The notes under the pieces are model-generated. The model ran no database searches. It saw only the letters and a program-made list of their open reading frames with translations, and was not told the DNA's origin. Made by a program: the position numbers and the translations under genes. From a virus, in the IMG/VR virus record IMGVR_UViG_3300045988_047290, positions 1 to 36,946 of that record: a DNA stretch of 36,946 nt; one strand, written 5' to 3'. Of the stretch, positions 32,181 to 36,946 are shown piece after piece; position 1 is the first letter of the stretch, and the number at the start of each line of letters is the position of its first letter.

Positions 32181-32408
32181 ATGAAAGAAAAAATTTTGAT
32201 TATTGGCGGACCTGGAACAGGAAAAACCGATTTAGGAAACGTACTGGCCGAGTTAATGAATTACAATTTAGTGGATGAAGTTCCTTCTACGTTGTGGTTA
32301 TCCTTAAACGACAAACCGAGAACGGTGTATGTGTCAAACAGTATCACAGGTGCGGAAGCCGCTATGTATTTAGAAGATTTTACAGTAATCGCAGTATCAA
32401 ACTTATAA
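32181..32408 (+). CDS. Mini P-loop protein, 75 aa
   Basis: Walker A IIGGPGTGKTD at the N-terminus. The protein is too short for a complete NTPase fold. Confidence 0.5.
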   Translation: MKEKILIIGGPGTGKTDLGNVLAELMNYNLVDEVPSTLWLSLNDKPRTVYVSNSITGAEAAMYLEDFTVIAVSNL

Positions 32409-32419
32409 AAATTAGAATC

Positions 32420-32851
32420 ATGAAAAAGTTAATCAGTATTTTAGCAGTAGTTTTGTTATCAGTTAGCGCAATGGCGCAAGTATCAACCGCATCAGGCAGT
32501 TTAAAAACGCTTAAGTCTTTCCGTCTGGGGACATGTAAGATCGTGGAAGTCACGAAGGGCGACGCGGTAACGTATCAGATCACCGGACAGATAGCCGGAA
32601 CAACCTCAAGAGAAATGGATATACGGTTAGGAGACGCGGACGCGGCGGTTAAGACGCTCTTAAGTCTGGCAGAGTACAAACCGTCAAGTAGCGACGAGAT
32701 CGTTCATCTCAACAACCCCGGAGATCACACCGCGCAATATTCCAAATTTAATGCGGTTTGGATGATCCACAGTCCGGGAAAGCAATTCACCGTTAACATC
32801 TCGCGTAAAGAGCTTAAGAAAATGTCGGAAGCAATAACCAATAATAAATAA
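32420..32851 (+). CDS. Secreted protein, 143 aa, with a signal peptide
   Basis: The ATG at 32420 gives MKKLISILAVVLLSVSAMA/QV, a typical SPase I signal. The ORF-track start at 32294 overlaps the previous gene. Confidence 0.6.
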   Translation: MKKLISILAVVLLSVSAMAQVSTASGSLKTLKSFRLGTCKIVEVTKGDAVTYQITGQIAGTTSREMDIRLGDADAAVKTLLSLAEYKPSSSDEIVHLNNPGDHTAQYSKFNAVWMIHSPGKQFTVNISRKELKKMSEAITNNK

Positions 32852-32855
32852 GATC

Positions 32856-33269
32856 ATGGAAATATATAGAAACAACAACGGGCAATTACTCAAAGTAACA
32901 AAAGCCCAAAACGGGCGAATCGTAGCAAAGTGTGGAAATGAAACGAAGAGTTTCGAGAATTACAAACAATTCGCAGTACACCTGTACAACAAAGGTTTTC
33001 ACCTGGCAATGACAGACCGAGCCACACTGTTTGCGCGTCGATACGAAGAAGCCGAGGACTTTTTAACGCTTATCGATCTGATCCTAGACAATGAACTAGC
33101 TTTTCAGAAAGATGGATCAATTTACACATGTTGGTTCTTGGGATTCAAGTCTAACGGAGTGGTAGAAGTTAAGGCTAATACAGATTTCTCGTACACGGAC
33201 GAGCTGGGATATAAGGCCGTAACGTTGAACATGTCAGATTTAATTGTAATTCAAGGGGGGATCGAATAA
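32856..33269 (+). CDS. Hypothetical protein, 137 aa
   Basis: ORF track. Confidence 0.6.
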   Translation: MEIYRNNNGQLLKVTKAQNGRIVAKCGNETKSFENYKQFAVHLYNKGFHLAMTDRATLFARRYEEAEDFLTLIDLILDNELAFQKDGSIYTCWFLGFKSNGVVEVKANTDFSYTDELGYKAVTLNMSDLIVIQGGIE

Positions 33270-33697
33270 TGGTAGACTTCAACAAGAAACTAAAGGTAGA
33301 CCGCATCAATCTATTTTGTGATGTGGTTACAAAGATGGCGCACGGCACGCCCGCCGAGGGCTACACGATCGGAGACGCTATCAAACAGTTACCCGAGAAC
33401 CTGCAACAATATTTAATATCAGAAGTACCGGACAGCATACTAAGAAGAGAGTACAGCCGCCGGGAACTGTACAAGGGCGAGGGCGCGGTATTCGAAGGGG
33501 CTGATACAGTGGCCGAGGTTTACAAGGACGAAGTGTTTAACGCTAATAAGGCAGAAGCCTTGAAGGACTTGTTAGGCATCGAATCAAAATTTCCTGATGT
33601 GCTGGACGTTATCGCCGAGGTCCTTAAGTGTTTCCCGGAGCGGTACACGGTAGAAGATATTTACGATATGTTGTACAAAAAGGATTTAGGATTATGA
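33269..33697 (+). CDS. Hypothetical protein, 142 aa
   Basis: ORF track. TAATG junction with the upstream gene. Confidence 0.6.
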   Translation: MVDFNKKLKVDRINLFCDVVTKMAHGTPAEGYTIGDAIKQLPENLQQYLISEVPDSILRREYSRRELYKGEGAVFEGADTVAEVYKDEVFNANKAEALKDLLGIESKFPDVLDVIAEVLKCFPERYTVEDIYDMLYKKDLGL

Positions 33698-33912
33698 AAA
33701 CAATAAGAGTAGACGGACGTACATACGCCGCGGTGGAAGTAGACGAGAACGTAGCGTGCAAAGGCTGCATATTTTATACCGTTGGCTGGGACATGAATAC
33801 ACCACGATGCACCGCGGCTAACATTCCGGAGTTTCAATGTGTTTCGGTAGTGGGGGATGAGGAGAAGAATGTGATATTTAAATTAATGGCTAACAATGTT
33901 ACAGAAGAGTAA
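33694..33912 (+). CDS. Cys-rich mini protein, 72 aa (CxGCxF...C...C)
   Basis: The in-frame ATG at 33694 gives an ATGA overlap. GRTYAAVE...CKGCIF...C...C...NVIFKL is paralog-like to 36593..36796. Confidence 0.55.
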   Translation: MKTIRVDGRTYAAVEVDENVACKGCIFYTVGWDMNTPRCTAANIPEFQCVSVVGDEEKNVIFKLMANNVTEE

Positions 33913-35269
33913 TTTACACGGCTATCAGCGTACCGCCGTTCAACATATCAAGGATCACCCGGATGCGGCCCTGTTTCTCGATATGGGACTAGGAAAGACG
34001 GTGAGCACGCTAACAGCCGTAGCCGATCTTATCAACGAGTTCGAAGTTACTAAGGTTCTGATCGTAGCGCCAAAGCGTGTCGCCGAAATGACTTGGGGCG
34101 ATGAGATCGAGAACTGGGCGCATATCCGCCACCTTCGTTTGTCAGTGATAAAGGGTACGGCGAAGCAACGCGAGATAGCTGCACGGGCTGACGCGGACGT
34201 TTACACAGTGAGCCGTGACAATCTCGTATGGCTTCTGCAAATGTGGGGCGGGTCTAAAGTACCGTACGATATGTTGGTACTGGACGAACTATCCTCTTTC
34301 AAGAACCACCAATCTAAACGCTTCAAGGCGGCGAAGATCATACGCCGGAGTGTTAGCCGGGTGGTGGGTCTGACGGGAACGCCCGCGCCAAACGGACTTA
34401 TAGACCTATGGGCGCAAATGTATTTAGTCGATGGTGGGCAGCGGTTGGGAAAGACGATCACCGATTACAGGGCCAACTATTTCAGACCTGGAGCACAGAA
34501 CGGAGGTATAGTTTACGAGTACAAACCGCTTGCAACAACCGAGGCGGTATTAGGCGAGAAGATAGCCGACATCACATTATCAATGAAAGCGCTTGACTTC
34601 CTGGACATGCCGGAACTTACATACCTCAACAACTACGTAGAGTTATCGCCGAAGGTGAAGAAGCAGTACGATAAGTTCGAGGAGGATCAAGTACTCCAGC
34701 TTATGCAGGAAGAAGAGATCACCGCACTAAGCGCCGCGGCCCTATCGAACAAACTCTTACAGTTCGCAGGCGGTGCGATCTACGACGCAGACCGGAACGT
34801 ACATACCGTGCACGACGAGAAGCTGGAAACACTGGTAGAGATGGTAGAGGCCGCGAACGGATCGCCCGTACTGGTGGCGTACAACTTCCAACACGAGAAA
34901 GCGCGAATACTGGAAGCCCTAAAGAGTTTCGGAGCGGAAGCGCTGGAAGGCGTGGATAGCGTACGCAGGTGGAACGAGGGAAAGATACCCGTCCTAGTGA
35001 CGCATCCGGCAAGCGCGGGACACGGGCTGAATATGCAGAAGGGCGGCAACCGTATAATATGGTACGGCACTACCTGGAGCCTGGAGTTATACCAACAGTT
35101 CAACGCGCGGTTATGGAGACAGGGACAAAAGAATAGCGTATTTGTCCATCACATTATTACGCGGGGTACGATTGACGAAAGGGTTATAGCGGCTCTAAGC
35201 GGAAAGGCTGATACGCAGAACGGCTTGATGGATATGGTAAAAGAACTAATTAAAAAATATAGAATATGA
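33896..35269 (+). CDS. SNF2-family helicase
   Basis: Motif I LDMGLGKT, motif II LVLDELSSF, motif III LTGTPAPN, motif V HPASAGHGLNMQ, motif VI QQFNARLWRQGQ. Confidence 0.9.
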   Translation: MLQKSNLHGYQRTAVQHIKDHPDAALFLDMGLGKTVSTLTAVADLINEFEVTKVLIVAPKRVAEMTWGDEIENWAHIRHLRLSVIKGTAKQREIAARADADVYTVSRDNLVWLLQMWGGSKVPYDMLVLDELSSFKNHQSKRFKAAKIIRRSVSRVVGLTGTPAPNGLIDLWAQMYLVDGGQRLGKTITDYRANYFRPGAQNGGIVYEYKPLATTEAVLGEKIADITLSMKALDFLDMPELTYLNNYVELSPKVKKQYDKFEEDQVLQLMQEEEITALSAAALSNKLLQFAGGAIYDADRNVHTVHDEKLETLVEMVEAANGSPVLVAYNFQHEKARILEALKSFGAEALEGVDSVRRWNEGKIPVLVTHPASAGHGLNMQKGGNRIIWYGTTWSLELYQQFNARLWRQGQKNSVFVHHIITRGTIDERVIAALSGKADTQNGLMDMVKELIKKYRI

Positions 35270-36366
35270 ATGTATTGAGTTTATTTGACGGTATGAGTTG
35301 CGGGCAGATAGCCCTGACTAATCTAGGGTGTTTCCCGGATAAATACTACGCTTCCGAGGTGGACAAGTTCGCCATACAGCAGACGCGCCACGTGTTCCCC
35401 GACACGATACACATAGGGGACGTTACAAAGGTGGACGTGTCGAAACTGGATAAGATCGATTTGATTATAGGCGGGAGCCCGTGCCAATCGTTTTCCTTTG
35501 CAGGGAAACAGGCGGGGATGGCTACGACGGAAAACATAGAGATAACAGACCTGGATCAATATCTCGATCTTAAAATAATGGGGTTCGAGTTTACTGGGCA
35601 GTCGTACCTGTTTTGGGAGTACATGCGGATATTGACGGAAGTACGGAAGTACAACCCAAACGTTAAGTTCCTGTTAGAGAATGTTGTCATGTCGAAGAAG
35701 TGGGAAGCCGTTCTAACCAAAGCGATCGGAGTTGATCCCGTTAAGATTAACAGCAACCTCGTATCAGCGCAGAACCGCAAGCGGCTGTACTGGACGAACA
35801 TCGCGGAGATAACGCAGCCGGAAGATGAAGGGATATTCATCCGCGATATTCTCGAGGACAGCGTAGACGAAAAATATTATGTATCAGATAAAGCCCTTGA
35901 GGGTTTGGCTAACCATGCCAGGGTAAATGCGGAGAGAGGAAACGGTTTCGGTGCGCGCATAGTTTCCCCCGACGGGAAATCAAACACGCTGTGCGTCAGT
36001 CCCTCTGGTTTGGAACGTAATCTAATAGCCGTACTTAAAGATATAAGCCCGCGTGTGGCCGGTGTGTCAATAAGCGAGAACGGAATAAGACCCCACAGGG
36101 GGGACGCGCGGAAGTCCGGTATCGGAGAACTGGGAACCATCCGGTTTGAGTCTTCTAAAGCGGACACGCTCCTGACAAGTTCCAAGCCTATTATACTTGA
36201 TAGGGAATGGGCGCTAAGACGGTTAACGCCTGTGGAGTGCGCGCGCTTGCAGACCGTACCGAGTTGGTATGAGTGGGTAGTGTCGGATACGCAGATATAC
36301 CGCATGTGCGGGAACGGTTGGACAGTTAGAGTTATTGAACATATATTAAAAAATTTATTTGTATGA
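35266..36366 (+). CDS. DNA (cytosine-5)-methyltransferase
   Basis: Motif I LSLFDGMSCG, motif IV GGSPCQSFSFAGK, motif VI LLENV, motif VIII QNRKRLYW, motif X CGNGWTV. Confidence 0.9.
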   Translation: MNVLSLFDGMSCGQIALTNLGCFPDKYYASEVDKFAIQQTRHVFPDTIHIGDVTKVDVSKLDKIDLIIGGSPCQSFSFAGKQAGMATTENIEITDLDQYLDLKIMGFEFTGQSYLFWEYMRILTEVRKYNPNVKFLLENVVMSKKWEAVLTKAIGVDPVKINSNLVSAQNRKRLYWTNIAEITQPEDEGIFIRDILEDSVDEKYYVSDKALEGLANHARVNAERGNGFGARIVSPDGKSNTLCVSPSGLERNLIAVLKDISPRVAGVSISENGIRPHRGDARKSGIGELGTIRFESSKADTLLTSSKPIILDREWALRRLTPVECARLQTVPSWYEWVVSDTQIYRMCGNGWTVRVIEHILKNLFV

Positions 36367-36605
36367 AAAAAGTAAGTTACAAAGTGGGTGATATCGTAGA
36401 ACTGGTAGACGGTGTGCAATATGTGTATCGCGGACAGAATAGGAAACTAAGAAGTTATGTGTATGATCCGGTACTTCCGAACAGGTTATCAACATTTTAC
36501 ACCTTGACGGAAGAAGAGTGTGTAAAGTATGGTTATAGTATAGGTGCAGTTCCGTTTGCTTGGAAGATGGACGTAAAATTGATAAAACAGGTATGCAAAA
36601 AGTAA
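36363..36605 (+). CDS. Hypothetical protein, 80 aa
   Basis: ORF track. ATGA overlap with the methyltransferase stop. Confidence 0.55.
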   Translation: MKKVSYKVGDIVELVDGVQYVYRGQNRKLRSYVYDPVLPNRLSTFYTLTEEECVKYGYSIGAVPFAWKMDVKLIKQVCKK

Positions 36606-36796
36606 AACTTATCTTCTTTGAGCCGGGACAGAAGGCCGAGCACGAAGGCGTGACGTACATAGCGGAGTCACAAACGAAAGGCGGGTTATGCTCCGGGTGC
36701 GCGTTCAACAAGCGCGGCGAGCCGTGCGAGTGCCCTAGGGGCTGGGTGTGTATAGGTTTGACAGATAGTAGTAATATAATATTTAACAAGGTATGA
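36593..36796 (+). CDS. Cys-rich mini protein, 67 aa; paralog-like to 33694..33912
   Basis: In-frame ATG at 36593. GVTYIAES...CSGCAF...CEC...C...NIIFNKV. Confidence 0.5.
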   Translation: MQKVKLIFFEPGQKAEHEGVTYIAESQTKGGLCSGCAFNKRGEPCECPRGWVCIGLTDSSNIIFNKV

Positions 36797-36909
36797 AAAT
36801 TTTAAAAAGTATTATTGGTTGGTGGAAAGCGTCTAACCGCTGGAAGCATTTTTTTTTTTCGCGATCCCGCTCGGTGCGGTGTGCGGCGCCCCGTTCACCA
36901 CGGGCATAG
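36793..36909 (+). CDS. Small membrane protein, N-terminal part (0-frame product 38 aa). It joins the 32..217 ORF only after a -1 shift, or one extra T, in the T11 run at 36849-36859
   Basis: The ATG at 36793 overlaps the preceding stop (ATGA). It reads MKILKSIIGWWKASNRWKH, then Phe codons in the T run. The 0 frame then gives an Arg/Ser/Pro-rich tail and TAG at 36907-36909. Confidence 0.5.
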   Translation: MKILKSIIGWWKASNRWKHFFFSRSRSVRCAAPRSPRA

Positions 36910-36946
36910 GTTTGGGTATGGAGATAAAGGATCATTTGTACGGAGG
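36848..36946. repeat. Terminal direct repeat, copy 2 (identical to 1..99); a circular-assembly overlap or a true DTR
   Basis: Exact match to 1..99. Genes read through the junction. Confidence 0.97.

Noticed and set aside
35877-36419. A 180-aa minus-strand ORF. The same applies to the other minus-strand ORFs of 60-160 aa, such as 2963..3445, 28825..29283, 36355..36789 and 16993..17391.
   Set aside because: Each lies antisense to a + strand gene with clear family motifs (methyltransferase, terL, primase-helicase and others) or to a tightly packed + strand operon. None has its own promoter-like sequence or a recognisable motif. They look like shadow ORFs.
1-36946. Stop-codon reassignment, tRNA genes, an integrase or lysogeny module, and mobile elements.
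   Set aside because: Long ORFs are intact under the standard code, with TAA, TAG and TGA all used as stops. I saw no cloverleaf-like sequence in the short intergenic gaps and no tyrosine- or serine-recombinase, transposase or repressor motifs. A tRNA scan and profile searches would be needed to be definitive.

Overview
The window is one complete, circularly closed genome of a dsDNA tailed phage. Bases 1-99 are identical to 36848-36946, so the unique length is 36,847 bp.

All convincing genes (about 60) lie on the + strand and are tightly packed, often with ATGA or TAATG overlaps.

The host is probably a member of Bacteroidota. Several intergenic promoters fit TTTG-N18/19-TAnnTTTG, one virion protein carries three BACON-like repeats, and Shine-Dalgarno sites are mostly absent.

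Two long noncoding regions (1524-2114 and 21764-22329) divide the circle into two arcs:
- A late arc of about 20 kb runs terS, terL, tail fibre and baseplate-like genes, tape measure, protease/scaffold-like gene, capsid, three paralogous ~178-aa structural genes, portal, holin-like gene, M15 endolysin and spanin-like gene.
- An early arc of about 17 kb holds an HTH protein, a DUF2800-type nuclease, a DUF2815-type SSB, a family-A DNA polymerase, a VirE/D5-type primase-helicase, about 14 small unknown ORFs, a VRR-NUC nuclease, an SNF2 helicase, a C5 DNA methyltransferase and a run of mini membrane proteins.

I found no tRNA, rRNA, CRISPR array, integrase, reverse transcriptase or recognisable repressor.

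The observations most worth follow-up are:
1. A 95-bp noncoding element occurs twice (88/95 identical). Each copy is followed by a 14-17% GC tract, at the two module boundaries.
2. TCGTTGACA sites upstream of terS include a perfect 13-bp inverted repeat that brackets one copy of that element.
3. The order of the morphogenesis genes is non-canonical.
4. A ~110-aa module is shared by two tail proteins, and in one of them it is nested inside a BACON repeat.
5. A structural gene is triplicated.
6. A T11 run splits a small membrane-protein gene at the circular junction.

All family assignments come from motifs read by eye and recalled from memory. No database search was run.
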